Of a DNA stretch of 64,000 nucleotides, positions 12,696-23,317 are shown one piece after another. A program made the position numbers and the translations under genes. The notes below the pieces were generated by a model. It was not told the origin of the DNA, did not search any database, and saw only the letters and a program-made list of their open reading frames with translations. Where the stretch lies: the NCBI GenBank assembly GCA_963711565.1, contig CAVQEQ010000003.1, positions 1,184,001 to 1,248,000 on the forward strand, given 5' to 3'. The stretch is from an uncultured delta proteobacterium. Its GTDB lineage: Bacteria > Desulfobacterota > Binatia > Binatales > Binataceae. Numbering within the stretch: position 1 is the first letter of the stretch; each line of letters starts with the position of its first letter.

Positions 12696-13985
12696 ATGAA
12701 CGCCGTGCCGACGAATCGTCAGGGCCATATCAAATGGCTCAAATGGCTGGTGGTGCTCGGCGCGCTCGCCGCCACCGGACTGCGAATCGGGCTATGGAGC
12801 ATCGATTCGTCGCCGACGCCTCAAGCCGACAAACTTCCGGCGCGACCGCCGATCGCGCTCGCGGATCTGAAGGATGCACTCGACGCCGAGTTTGCACCGG
12901 TCGTGAAGGACGGCCTGCTCAGAGAATCGACCGGTTGCGGAGTCGCGATCGGCGTAATCGACCACGGCCGGCGGCGCGTGTTTACTTACGGCGCTGCACG
13001 CGCCGATTCTATCTTCCAAATCGGCTCGGTCACCAAGACCCTTACCGGGCTTGCCCTTGCGCAGCTTGCGGCGCAGGGAAAAGTCAGGCTCGACGAGCCG
13101 GTGCGCCCGATCCTTTTCCCCGACATCGATGCCGGATCGCCTGCGACAGAAATCACCCTGCTCGACCTCGCGACTCATCGCTCGGGGCTTCCCGGCATTC
13201 CCGACAACCTCGAGCCCAAAGATCCCGACAATCCGTTTGCCGATTATGACCGCGTCGCACTGCATCAGTTTCTTGTGAGTCACGGTACTGCGAAACCCGC
13301 GGATGCGAAGTATCTGTACAGCAGCTTTGGTATCGGCTTGCTCGGATACGCTCTCGCCCAGCGCGCCGGTGTTCCCTACGCGCAACTGATACGAACCGAT
13401 ATCACTGGGCCGCTCCACATGGACGACACGGTGTTCGCGCTCTCGCCGGAGCAAGCCCATCGAGTTATCCAGGGTCACGGAGCCGGGCTGGACCCGATCG
13501 ACACCGGCCTTGGCGACAGCGGAATCTTCACGGGCGCGGTAGGCGCCAAGTCAACGGTGGCAGACCTGCTCACCTATCTCGACGCCAATCTCCATCCCGA
13601 GCGTTACGCGATAGGGGCCGCTCCTGACTCGCCCGCAGCAACATTGCCGGCCGCGTTCGCCCTGGATCACCAGCTTCGTGGCATCGTAAAGCCGGATACG
13701 GAAGTTGCGTTCAGCTGGCTCTTTGATCTGCGGTCCCGCCGCTTTGAGCATGGCGGCACGACGCCGGGGTTTACCGCTCACGTCGAATTCTCGCCGGATC
13801 AGGATCGCGGCATCGTAGTGCTCTACAATCGGATGGACGAGGTGGCGGGACAACGACGATTCGTCGATCGAGTAGCGGAGAACATCAACCAGTTGATGTC
13901 AGGCAAGCCTGCCGACCGAATCAACGTCATCTCCGAAAATGATCCCTCACTCGCCGCGCTCGACGAGACTGATAGTGATCTTTGA
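12696..13985 (+). CDS. Serine hydrolase, beta-lactamase/AmpH family
   Basis: FQIGSVTK (SxxK), LATHRSGLP, YLYSS, HGG. Confidence 0.88.
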   Translation: MNAVPTNRQGHIKWLKWLVVLGALAATGLRIGLWSIDSSPTPQADKLPARPPIALADLKDALDAEFAPVVKDGLLRESTGCGVAIGVIDHGRRRVFTYGAARADSIFQIGSVTKTLTGLALAQLAAQGKVRLDEPVRPILFPDIDAGSPATEITLLDLATHRSGLPGIPDNLEPKDPDNPFADYDRVALHQFLVSHGTAKPADAKYLYSSFGIGLLGYALAQRAGVPYAQLIRTDITGPLHMDDTVFALSPEQAHRVIQGHGAGLDPIDTGLGDSGIFTGAVGAKSTVADLLTYLDANLHPERYAIGAAPDSPAATLPAAFALDHQLRGIVKPDTEVAFSWLFDLRSRRFEHGGTTPGFTAHVEFSPDQDRGIVVLYNRMDEVAGQRRFVDRVAENINQLMSGKPADRINVISENDPSLAALDETDSDL

Positions 13986-13988
13986 GGA

Positions 13989-14927
13989 TCACTTGCCGTC
14001 CGCGGGGGCGAAGCCCTTCCCTATGATGCCCGCGCTTTCGTAATCCGCCAGTTGTTTGGCGTCGTGCGACACCACCATGTGCACGTCCGGGTTTGACGCG
14101 GCCAAGTTGTGCAGCGTGCGCAGTTCCGACGTTACTTGATCGCTGTTCTCGCGCATCGCGAGCTCAGCCAGGCGCGGGCGGCACTTCGGAATCGTCACCT
14201 GCTCCATGTCCCACGCAATGTCGCCGATCAGAAGATACTCGGAGTTGTCCGCGAGGCGCACGTAAACGATCTGGCTTCCAGGCGTGTGGCCGGGGGCTTT
14301 GATCAAAACTACGCCCGGTGCCAGCGGATAGTAGTGATCGAACTCCAGCGGATGCAGCGACGCGCGAACCTGCTCCGGAAACTTGCACTCCGTCAGCCAC
14401 CTGGTGTCGTCGCGCTGCTCGCGGGTCAGCAGCAGGTGATCGGCAAACGCCGCGAGCTTCGGCGACTCCGCGATGCCTTGTAGATGGTCGGCATGCTCAT
14501 GCGTCACTACGATCAGGCGCGCATGCGCGAGCGCGTCCTGCTCGGCGGCGTACTGAGCGTCGTCGAAGCTGCCGGGAAATTGCGCGTCGAAGAAGGCGCG
14601 TCCGGGCGGCGCATCGACGATGATCATCGAGCCATCGGGATAGAGCACCTGGTAGGAAGGAAAAACAATCGCATGGCGATCGAAGCGGACGCCGCCAAGG
14701 AAAAGCGCGGCGGGCGGGTTGGATCGCGCTACTGCGGCGGCGTTGATCTTGATCGGGCGCGGTCCCGCCGTTTGCTCGGCCAGCTTGTGCATCGTCGCGA
14801 GATCGAGCTGGTAGTCCGAGTGCTCTGGAACGGCCGGCCCTTGCACGAGGAACACGAGCGCGACCAGCGCGACCGCCACTATCGCGCCGACAACAATCCC
14901 CGCGATTCTCAGAAAGCGCCGCATCAA
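13989..14927 (-). CDS. Metallo-beta-lactamase-fold hydrolase
   Basis: THEHADH, PGHTPGS, GD, SHD motifs. Confidence 0.88.
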   Translation of the reverse strand: MMRRFLRIAGIVVGAIVAVALVALVFLVQGPAVPEHSDYQLDLATMHKLAEQTAGPRPIKINAAAVARSNPPAALFLGGVRFDRHAIVFPSYQVLYPDGSMIIVDAPPGRAFFDAQFPGSFDDAQYAAEQDALAHARLIVVTHEHADHLQGIAESPKLAAFADHLLLTREQRDDTRWLTECKFPEQVRASLHPLEFDHYYPLAPGVVLIKAPGHTPGSQIVYVRLADNSEYLLIGDIAWDMEQVTIPKCRPRLAELAMRENSDQVTSELRTLHNLAASNPDVHMVVSHDAKQLADYESAGIIGKGFAPADGK

Positions 14928-15005
14928 GCCTCTCTATGAGTTACGCCGCCCGCCTTGTGCATCGCACAATATGTCCGGGCGTCGATGGTTGAGCAACTCG
15001 ATTGA

Positions 15006-15473
15006 TCAAGCTACGAACGCACTGAAGGCTACATAGGCGCCGAAAACCACGAAGACAAACAGGTCGCTTATCATCGCGATGTTCTCGTTTCGGGTCCTGT
15101 CGCTCTCGGCAACGTGCCGGATGCCCGCGATGCCGTAAAATATTGTCGCGGCAATCGCCACCGGCAGCGCAAACCCTGGTTTGGCTAATGAGATAACGCC
15201 GACGACGCCCGTCGCGAAATTCGCTACGCCAAGTTCGCGCACGAGCGGCAGCGCATCATCGCTTTTGATGCCGAATATTTCTTCGGCAGTGAATCGTGGC
15301 TGGAAAAATTGTCGCAACCCCGCGAGGAGCAATCTGACGCCGGCGCTCCAGAACACGAACCACTTCCCCACCAACAACATCAGCGGCGTCGCGCTATGGA
15401 AATAGGAAAGCTCCACATAGATCGACCCCGTCGGCAGCACCAACATCAGTAAGAGGACGATCGATAGATACAT
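15006..15473 (-). CDS. Uncharacterised membrane protein (DUF6790-like)
   Basis: Several hydrophobic helices; KWFVFWSAGVRL, ELGVAN. Confidence 0.65.
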   Translation of the reverse strand: MYLSIVLLLMLVLPTGSIYVELSYFHSATPLMLLVGKWFVFWSAGVRLLLAGLRQFFQPRFTAEEIFGIKSDDALPLVRELGVANFATGVVGVISLAKPGFALPVAIAATIFYGIAGIRHVAESDRTRNENIAMISDLFVFVVFGAYVAFSAFVA

Positions 15474-15654
15474 GATTGCTGTTATTGCCCGCCGACATCG
15501 GTCCGGGCAACCCGCATTGGCCAGCTCGAATCAGGACACTGAGAAAACCATTCCTGGAAGAGCTGCAATGAACCCCTGGGAGGTGCGTTTGCACGGAGTA
15601 TCTGGAGTCCCAACCCTGAGAGCAAAAGGGCGTCTTCGCCATTTTGCGATCGGC

Positions 15655-15739
15655 ACTGCGTGCAGAGCCTGTCCTGAGCGACGTTGAAGGAGGTCACCCC
15701 TGCCCAGGGAGGTGCGGAACCCACGGTGGGTTCCGCATT
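15655..15739 (+). repeat. Dispersed double-hairpin repeat family A, copy interrupted by a ~25-nt insert
   Basis: ACTGCGTGCAG[AGCCTGTCCTGAGCGACGTTGAAGGA]GGTCACCCCTGCCCAGGGAGGTGCGGAACCCACGGTGGGTTCCGCATT; aligns with 25209 and 34813. Confidence 0.8.
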
Positions 15740-15802
15740 CAATAAAGTGATTTCCCCTTCCCCGTTTGCGCTGGACGCGTCGAGTCGCGAATAATCGCGG
15801 GC

Positions 15803-17434
15803 ATGGAATATGACGTAGTCGTACGCAATGGCGTCGTGGTGGACGGCAGCGGCGCGCCGCGCTTTCGGGCCGACGTTGCAATCAAAGATCGCAAGATCGC
15901 GGCGCTGATCGATGCAGGTGATGCCGGTAGCGCAACCGCTGCGCGCGAGATCGATGCGAGCGGGCTTGCGATCGCGCCCGGCTTTATCGACCTGCATTCG
16001 CATTCCGACTGGGTGCTGCCGATTGCCGATCACGGGCAAATCCTGAAACCGTTTCTGCTGCAAGGCGTGACCACGTTCGTCGGCGGCAATTGCGGCTTCT
16101 CGGTGGCGCCTGTCATGCGCGAGCGGCAGCGGATGCTCGACGAGTCGGGCCGCCTGTGCGCCGAGCGGAAGTTCGATTGGGAATGGGATGACGTGGCGGG
16201 CTTCGCCGCGCATCTCAAGCGCAATGGACTCGCGCTCAACGTCGCGCATCTGGCGGGGCATGGCAGTATTCGGCTGAGCGTGATGGGCTCGAGCTCAGCC
16301 GAGCCGTCGTCCGAGCAGTTGCATGCGATGCAGGCGATGGTCGAGCACGCAATGGCCGATGGCGCGGTCGGGCTGTCGTGTGGGCTCGGATACTTTCCCG
16401 GGATGATTGCGAAGCCGGCCGAGCTGGCTGCGCTGGCGCGCGTGGCCGCAGCCGCCGGCGGCGTGCTGACGTCGCATCTGCGCGCGTACTCCGAGCGGTC
16501 GTTATTCTTCGACAGCCGCGTACCACACAACATCCTGGCCGTGCGCGAGATGGCGAACGTCGCGCGCGAGGCGGGCGTGCCGCTGCAAGTCTCGCATCTG
16601 ATTTTTGTCGGCCGGCGCTCATGGAGGACGGTTGACGACACGATCGCCGAAGTCGAGCGTCACAAGAGCGATGGCGTCGATATCGCGTTCGACACCTTCC
16701 CTTACACCTGCGGCAACACGACGATTCGCGTTATTTTTCCCGCGTGGGCGCAGACGGGCCTCGAAGGCCTGCTCGATTCGTCGGACGGATGGAAGAAATT
16801 GCACGACGGCTTCCAGCCGCTCAAGACGTTCATCGCCGACGCGGTTCAACTGATGTGGGCGGTCAAGCCCGAACTCAGTCATCTTGAGGGCAAATTCTTC
16901 GGGCAAATCGCAGACGAGCTGAAACTCGATCCGATCGATGCGTACCTGACGATCACGCGTGAGAGTGGAACGCGCGCGCGCGTGCTGAACCATCTATACA
17001 GCGGCGACGACTTCGGCGACGAGCATGCGCTGCAGGAAGCGATGAAGCATCCGCTGAACCTGTTCGAGATGGACACGATTCTCACTTCGCATGGGCATCA
17101 CAATCCCGCGAGCTTCGGCACCTATCCGCGAATCCTGGGGCATTACGTGCGCGAGATGAAGCTGCTGACGCTGGAGGATGCGGTGCACAAAGCGACCGGG
17201 ATGGCGGCGAAGCGGATGCGGCTCGGCGCGCGCGGCCTAGTGCGTCCCGGCTACGCGGCGGATCTGGTGATATTCAATCCGGAAACAATCGGATGCGCCG
17301 CGGATTCGAGGACGCCGACGACGGCGCCGGTCGGAATCGAGCACGTGATGGTCAACGGCACGGCGGTGGTCGCCAACGGCAAGTGGTGCGGCGACGGCGT
17401 GATGGCGGGCGAGTGGATCGGGCGGGGAACCTAA
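15803..17434 (+). CDS. N-acyl-D-amino-acid deacylase (amidohydrolase)
   Basis: PGFIDLHSHSD, GVTTFVGGNCG, SHLR, FGTYPRILG, ADLVIF. Confidence 0.9.
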   Translation: MEYDVVVRNGVVVDGSGAPRFRADVAIKDRKIAALIDAGDAGSATAAREIDASGLAIAPGFIDLHSHSDWVLPIADHGQILKPFLLQGVTTFVGGNCGFSVAPVMRERQRMLDESGRLCAERKFDWEWDDVAGFAAHLKRNGLALNVAHLAGHGSIRLSVMGSSSAEPSSEQLHAMQAMVEHAMADGAVGLSCGLGYFPGMIAKPAELAALARVAAAAGGVLTSHLRAYSERSLFFDSRVPHNILAVREMANVAREAGVPLQVSHLIFVGRRSWRTVDDTIAEVERHKSDGVDIAFDTFPYTCGNTTIRVIFPAWAQTGLEGLLDSSDGWKKLHDGFQPLKTFIADAVQLMWAVKPELSHLEGKFFGQIADELKLDPIDAYLTITRESGTRARVLNHLYSGDDFGDEHALQEAMKHPLNLFEMDTILTSHGHHNPASFGTYPRILGHYVREMKLLTLEDAVHKATGMAAKRMRLGARGLVRPGYAADLVIFNPETIGCAADSRTPTTAPVGIEHVMVNGTAVVANGKWCGDGVMAGEWIGRGT

Positions 17435-17702
17435 CCCTTACAGAGGGGTCAGGTTGCACGCATCGAGGACCACCCGCTGTGCCGAGCTCGCTTCTCGTCA
17501 CCCATGCAGCGTCGCGCGGGTGGATCGTCGTGACACGCAGCCCCTTTGAAGTCCAGCCAACGTCGAGGCCAACGCGACGGGCGACAACTCGCCCAACAAA
17601 TTGTTAATCAAGGCCGACACGTCGTTTTCCTTGACAGCGCCACCTCCACTATGAGGGGGGGGTGAAATAGCTATTAGTCGATTTTCAAAACGGAGGGTCT
17701 CA

Positions 17703-20402
17703 ATGATCCGATCAGCCTCGCTAGTTGCTGCGCTGCTGTTAATGCACCTGATCTTTGCCGGGATTGCCTTCGCGGAGTCGACGGTCAGCTATCCAGAACA
17801 TGTCGATCATCCCGAGCTATATGTTCTGCCCGCGCCCGCAAAGAAAAATATAGAAATCCTAATTTATCTAAAAAGGCCCGTCACCGACGACGACATCCAG
17901 CCATTCTCGGATTGGCTCACGGATGGGGGTTTCCAGATCATTGACGCCGACACAAAGGCTGGCTATCTGCACATTTCCGGTAGCGTTGAAGATGCGGCGG
18001 ATGCTTTTCAGACCCAAATCATGATGACGCGAGAGGGATCGTACGGAAACTTATCCGATCCGAAAATCCCGGCCCGATTCGCAAGCGTGGTTCGAGCAAT
18101 AAGCGGGCTGACCGAGGTCATTTTGGCGCCGTATGTGCCTATAAGACCCGCCCAACCGGTCCCAACTCAGCCTCATTCGCGAAATACTTCCTCTTTAGAT
18201 TCGTTACAATCGCATACCTTCTTCCTGAGTAATGGCGTGTCAGCGTTCGGGCCGGCCGATGAACAAACGTTTTACGACGCGGCAAGCTTGATAAGCTCTG
18301 GTATCAACGGATCGAGTGTGGACTGTATAGCGCTGACCGAAGATTCCACTTTCACAGCTGCTGCTGTGACAAACTTCAACAGCACCTTCATGCTTCCACA
18401 ATTTGGGACCAGCCCGGCGCTAACCACCGTGCTCGTTGGTACCGGTCAAACTGAAAATAGTGATGAAACGGAAGCGCTCATCGATATTGAATGGGCGCAT
18501 GCTCTCGCACCAATGGCCAACATCCATGTTTACATATCCGCGCAAGGGTCCAGTAACGTCCAGGTTGCTATAGAAAAGGTGATCACTGACAACGTCTGTG
18601 GTACGATAGATATCAGTCAGACTCTTTGTGGCAGCGAACTTTTTTTTGAGCTCTTAGGAAATTCCTTTCAGCTAGCCGCGCAGCAGCGCCAAGCGGTTTT
18701 CGTCTCGACCGGTGACGACGGAGCCGCGGAATTCACGGTCACATCCGGCGCCTGCCCATCTCTTGCAGCCGGAATTAAGGAACTGGCTGCCAGTCCGTAT
18801 GTTACCGCAGTAGGCGGCACGATGTTCACTCCGACTTATAACGCAAACGGAAATGACGTTGGCTCTGTCGCGGAAATGGTCTGGAATGATATAAGCGGAG
18901 CGAGTGGGGGCGGAGTAAGTCAGGTGTTTCCTGAGCCGGCATATCAAGCGCAGCAAGTCCTGCCGGCAAGCGCGTTTAGAGCGATTCCAGACCTATCGTT
19001 AGGCGCGAGCCCGAATACCCCAGGGTTTTGGATTGTGAACGCTATGAATGGCACTCCAACCCCCCTACAACAATACGGGGGCACGAGTTTGGCCTCTCCC
19101 GCTTGGGCAGGAATCGGAGCACTGTTGGCGGATCAGGCGAAAGAACGTGTCGGCAATATCAATTCCAGACTTTACCAGATGAGTCCTCTTGCCGCGTCGG
19201 TGGGAATTCGAGATGTCACTGCGGGAAACAATACCTTCGGCGGCGTCACCGGAGTTTCTGCAGGGGTTGGCTACGACGAAGCGTCAGGGTGGGGCACTCC
19301 GGACGTCACCAAGTTTGTTAACGCCTTCACAGGTGAGGCATTGATCTCAGGCGGTTTGAAGAATGGTACTGTGTTGGCCACGGCAGAGACCTTCGACCCC
19401 GAAGCCAAGAAATATACGGCGACAGGAAACATGTCCCACGCCCGGATGTGTCATACATCTACGCTGTTGAGTAATGGGCAGACATTGGTTGCGGGGGGTA
19501 CGAAGAATCTCACTGGAGGGAGTTTGGCATCAGCAGAGCTATTTACGCCTTCGACGCGCAAGTTTGTTGCGACAGCGGGTCCGCTGATGGTAGCTCGGTA
19601 TGAACATCAAGCTGTTCTGCTGAACAATGGCACGGTTCTAGTGATGGGGGGATTTACAGGCGATAGCCTAAAAGATGTAACCAATAGCGCCGAGTTGTAT
19701 AACCCTGCGGCAGGTGGCTCTTTCTCTCTCACAGGGGTTATGTCTGTCGCGCGAGGGTCTTAGCAGCAACTCTTCTAGACGGCGGCGGCGTAATCGTCAC
19801 AGGAGGATATGATGCTTCCGGCCCCGTAAACTCTGCGGAACTTTATAGCCCGACAACCGGATCGTTTTCTCTACTACCGATGACTATGACGACCCCGAGG
19901 GCCGATCACACCGCTACACTCCCTAAACAACGGCATGGTCCTGATCGTTGGCGGCTATTCAACATTAGTTGACGGGGAGGGCGCCAACGCGTTGAGTAGC
20001 GCTGAGCTATATAATCCATCTAACAATACATTCACGGCGACAGGCTCGATGCTCAAGCCACGCGCGGAGCATGTAGCGACACTTCTGAACGACGGAAGGG
20101 TATTGATCGCGGGAGGCATTGATAACTCGGGAAACGCGCCGGCGAGCGCCGAGGTATACAATCCGGCCACTGGCTTGTTCGGCACAAGCGTCGTCTCAAT
20201 GAGCGATGGCAGAGAGGACCCCAGCATCGCGATGCTGTTCGACGGGCGAGTGCTGGTCGCCGGCGGAGACGATGGAAGTGGTCCGGTGGATACGTCGGAA
20301 ATTCACGACCCCAACCTGAACACCTTTACCTCTGTAACCAAATTGATGACGGAAAAGCGTTGGCGAACAGGGTACAACTACTCGGAGGCGAGTGTGCCCT
20401 GA
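17703..20402 (+). pseudogene. Secreted S53 (sedolisin) peptidase fused to kelch repeats, interrupted by two compensating frameshifts
   Basis: ETEALIDIEW, STGDDG, GGTSLASP motifs. Kelch repeats continue in a shifted frame over 19760-19921 (LAATLLDGGGVIVTGG...RADHTATL), then return to the original frame (ORF 19935-20402). Confidence 0.8.
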
Positions 20403-20408
20403 ACTCAG

Positions 20409-20651
20409 TTACGAAGAAACGGTGAAAACCGCCTTCACGTCGAAGCCGACGATGTCGCCTTCGCGCAGCAGATCGATCCCCGGCATCGTGTCGCGATGCG
20501 CGCTCCCGCGACGGCCACGAATGGAAACTCGAACGGAATCTCCTTGCCGCTATGCGAGCGCACCATCCCATGGCCGCGCGCGCTCGAGCTTGAGAATCAT
20601 CCCCTGGTAAAATTTTGCCCGAAGGCGCTCGCTGTCGAAATCATCGGTCAC
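20409..20651 (-). pseudogene. Frameshifted cold-shock/OB-fold-like small protein remnant
   Basis: Three successive frames give FYQGMILKLERA / GHGMVRSHSGKEIPFEFPFV / MPGIDLLREGDIVGFDV. Confidence 0.5.
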
Positions 20652-20658
20652 GACTTAA

Positions 20659-20792
20659 CCCCTTCCCGAGCGGGAAGGGGAACCGGAATGTGGGGATTCC
20701 CTGAGGGGGAAGGGGAACGATCACAGAACTGAGATCGTGCATGAATCGAAGAATCCTCACCTAACCTCTGCCGTGAAATAACGGGCGAGGGA
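20659..20792. repeat. Cluster of CCCCTTCCC/CCTCT-type palindromic repeats
   Basis: CCCCTTCCC-GAGC-GGGAAGGGG perfect hairpin, a degenerate second copy, and CCTCACCTAACCTCTGCC...GGGCGAGGG; style resembles the 26331 element. Confidence 0.55.
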
Positions 20793-20800
20793 TCGGAGGA

Positions 20801-21589
20801 TTAGCGCTCCATGTCCTCCATCTTTTTGTCCATCTCACGGAGCTTGGCCAGCTTCTGATCGGTCGGCTGGTTCTCCTTGTCCGTGTTCGCAGCCACGGTC
20901 TTGGCGCGCTCGGTCGGCATCTCGCCGTTGACCTTTTGCAGCGCTTCCTTGGCGAGGCGCCGCACCGTCTCGCTTTGATCCTGCGCAACGACTGCGTTCA
21001 GCAGCGGGACCGCCTTGTCGCTGCCGATTTCACCGAGCGCAAACACGGCAGTGCCGCGACCGCGCTCATCCTGATCCTCGCCCAAGTACTGCATCACCGG
21101 CATCACGCCCGCCGTGTCGCCGATCCTGCCGAGCGCCGCCACCAGATGCAGCTTGACGATGGGCTCGGTGGAACGCAGGAACAGCATCGTGGACATCGGC
21201 GCCACGGCCGCGTTCGCTTCGCGCGCTCCGAGGATGTCGATGGCCTTTATCTTGACGCGCACGTCTGGGTCGGACAACGAATCGACCAGGATCTGGTTGA
21301 CTTCGGGATCCTGGAGACCGCGAAGTTTCTCGAGTTCGGAGACACGCACTTCGGGATCGGCGTCCTTAAGTCCGAGCTTTACGTCCTTGATGATTTTGAA
21401 CGGCGTTTCGGTGGCCGCGTTACTCTGTATATCGTCAACGCCGGGCTTCACCTGGCCCTGATGCGACATCGGATTGGAACTGAGCGCGCTGCCCAATCCC
21501 TGGCCGCCGTACTGCGCAAAGGCGAGATTCGGAACGGCAAGCGCGAGGCCGAGCGCGAACGCAGCAAATAAATTTCGCGTGGTAATCAT
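20801..21589 (-). CDS. Secreted HEAT-repeat (PBS lyase-like) protein
   Basis: Signal peptide; repeats LKDADPEVR, LSDPDVRVK, ALGRIG, ALGEIG; GGAGG SD. Confidence 0.85.
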   Translation of the reverse strand: MITTRNLFAAFALGLALAVPNLAFAQYGGQGLGSALSSNPMSHQGQVKPGVDDIQSNAATETPFKIIKDVKLGLKDADPEVRVSELEKLRGLQDPEVNQILVDSLSDPDVRVKIKAIDILGAREANAAVAPMSTMLFLRSTEPIVKLHLVAALGRIGDTAGVMPVMQYLGEDQDERGRGTAVFALGEIGSDKAVPLLNAVVAQDQSETVRRLAKEALQKVNGEMPTERAKTVAANTDKENQPTDQKLAKLREMDKKMEDMER

Positions 21590-21619
21590 TTCCCGCACCT
21601 CCCCAATCGGCCAGAATTA

Positions 21620-22612
21620 TTGGCGATCATGACTGTCATTGCAAGGAATCCGGCCACGGCGTTAAGACGCGTGGATGTGCGCCGCCGCGTGATGGCCAGC
21701 GTTCTAATCCTCGCGTTCGTGCTGGCGGTTGGCGCCGCCGTGGCGCCGATAATTGCGTCCGGCGCGGCAGCGGACTCGAATCCATCGGCGGAGTCTCAGC
21801 CGGCTCACAAGCACAAGCATCGCTACCTGCCGACTCCGGCGCCGACCCCGATGGCGCTACCGCCCGAGATCAAGGCCAGGGTACCGGCCTATACGCCGGG
21901 GCCGATACCGTTTCACGACGGCGAGCAGCTCATCTACCAGGCCTCGTGGGTCGGGATTCCCGCGGCGCAGGCGCGCCTCGAGTTCCACAAGGAGCAAAAG
22001 CAGGATCAGCAGCGATGGCTCGGCGAAATCTGGATCGAAACCAACGCGTTCGCCGACCTGTTCTACAAGATGCGCGACTACATGAAGGAGAGCATGGCCG
22101 CCGATACGCTGCACACCAGCGGCGTGTACCTGGTCCAGCACGAAAAGTCGCGGCTCAATTACTACGACGTGGCGATCGATCGGCCCGCGCAAATGGTCAC
22201 GATGACCAAGAAGAATCACAAGGGAACGACCAGCAAGGAGTACATCGCGTCGGATCCATGGGGGCCGATTTCGGGCGCGATGATGGCGTTGACGCAGAAC
22301 TTCGAGCCGGGCAAGACCTACGCGTTCGACGTGTTCAGCGGCAGTCAGCGCTACGTTTTCGCGTTCGCCGTCGATAAGCGCGAGAAGATTCATCTCACGC
22401 TGGGCGACTTCGACGCATGGCGCATCGTGCCCAACGTCTGGTACGTCAGCGACGGCGAACTGCGCAGCGAGGCCAGCGGTACGGTGTTGTGGATCTCGGC
22501 GGACGAGCGCCATCTGCCGCTTCGTATTCAATCGCAGGCATACATCGGCTACGTGCGCGCCGACCTGATCGCGATCGACGGCAAGGGCGGCGTCGAGAGC
22601 GCGCAGAACTGA
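21620..22612 (+). CDS. DUF3108 domain protein (start approximate)
   Basis: PFHDGEQLIYQASWVGIPA, LWISADERHLPLRI. Confidence 0.75.
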   Translation: MAIMTVIARNPATALRRVDVRRRVMASVLILAFVLAVGAAVAPIIASGAAADSNPSAESQPAHKHKHRYLPTPAPTPMALPPEIKARVPAYTPGPIPFHDGEQLIYQASWVGIPAAQARLEFHKEQKQDQQRWLGEIWIETNAFADLFYKMRDYMKESMAADTLHTSGVYLVQHEKSRLNYYDVAIDRPAQMVTMTKKNHKGTTSKEYIASDPWGPISGAMMALTQNFEPGKTYAFDVFSGSQRYVFAFAVDKREKIHLTLGDFDAWRIVPNVWYVSDGELRSEASGTVLWISADERHLPLRIQSQAYIGYVRADLIAIDGKGGVESAQN

Positions 22613-22659
22613 TGGCTCCGGCAGCGCACTGAGCTACTGTAGGGCAGGGGAAAAGGACG

Positions 22660-23301
22660 ATGCCGAAGAAGCTCGAATTTTTCTACGATTGCTCGAGTCC
22701 GTGGACCTACCTGGCGTTCACGAAGATCGAGGACGTCGCGCTACGCCACGATGCGCAACTGATCTGGCGGCCGATCCTCGTCGGCGGGCTGTTCAACACG
22801 GTCAATCCTTCGGTGTACGAAAGCCGTGCCAAGCCGGTTCCGGTCAAGGCGAAATATTACGTCAAGGACTTGCGCGACTGGGCGAAGTTTTACGGCCTCA
22901 AGATCGGCAACCCTACCGTGTTCCCGGTCAACTCGGTCAAGGCGATGCGCGGTGCGCTGGTCGCCGACGAGCATCGCGTCATCTCGCGCTACTCCCGACG
23001 CGTGTTCGAGAGCTACTGGACCGACGACAAGGACATCAGCCAGGACGACGTGCTGCGCGAAATCGTGAGTGAAGTCGGCCTCGACGAAAAGGAATTTTTC
23101 TCGAAGATCGCCTCCGACGAGTACAAGGCCAGGCTGCGCGGGAACGTCGAGGAGCTGATTGCGCGCGGCGGTTTTGGCTCGCCGACGATGTTCGTCGAGG
23201 GCTCGATGTTTTTCGGCAACGACCGGCTGCCGCTGGTCGAGCACGAACTGGCGGTCGGAGTGGGCGGGGCCCTGGACCAGGGATCAGGCGGAGCAACCTA
23301 G
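22660..23301 (+). CDS. 2-hydroxychromene-2-carboxylate isomerase / DsbA-like GST-kappa family
   Basis: FFYDCSSPWTYLA, WRPILVGG, GGFGSPTMFV, FFGNDRL. Confidence 0.9.
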   Translation: MPKKLEFFYDCSSPWTYLAFTKIEDVALRHDAQLIWRPILVGGLFNTVNPSVYESRAKPVPVKAKYYVKDLRDWAKFYGLKIGNPTVFPVNSVKAMRGALVADEHRVISRYSRRVFESYWTDDKDISQDDVLREIVSEVGLDEKEFFSKIASDEYKARLRGNVEELIARGGFGSPTMFVEGSMFFGNDRLPLVEHELAVGVGGALDQGSGGAT

Positions 23302-23317
23302 TTTCAATCGGGATCCA

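Noticed and set aside
17435-17560. Long imperfect hairpin after the aminoacylase as an ncRNA
   Set aside because: Only short matches (CCACCCGC/GCGGGTGG) in GC-rich DNA, with no second copy in the window.
19761-19763. Pyrrolysine/amber readthrough in the S53-kelch gene
   Set aside because: Kelch homology continues in a different frame, so this is a frameshift rather than readthrough.
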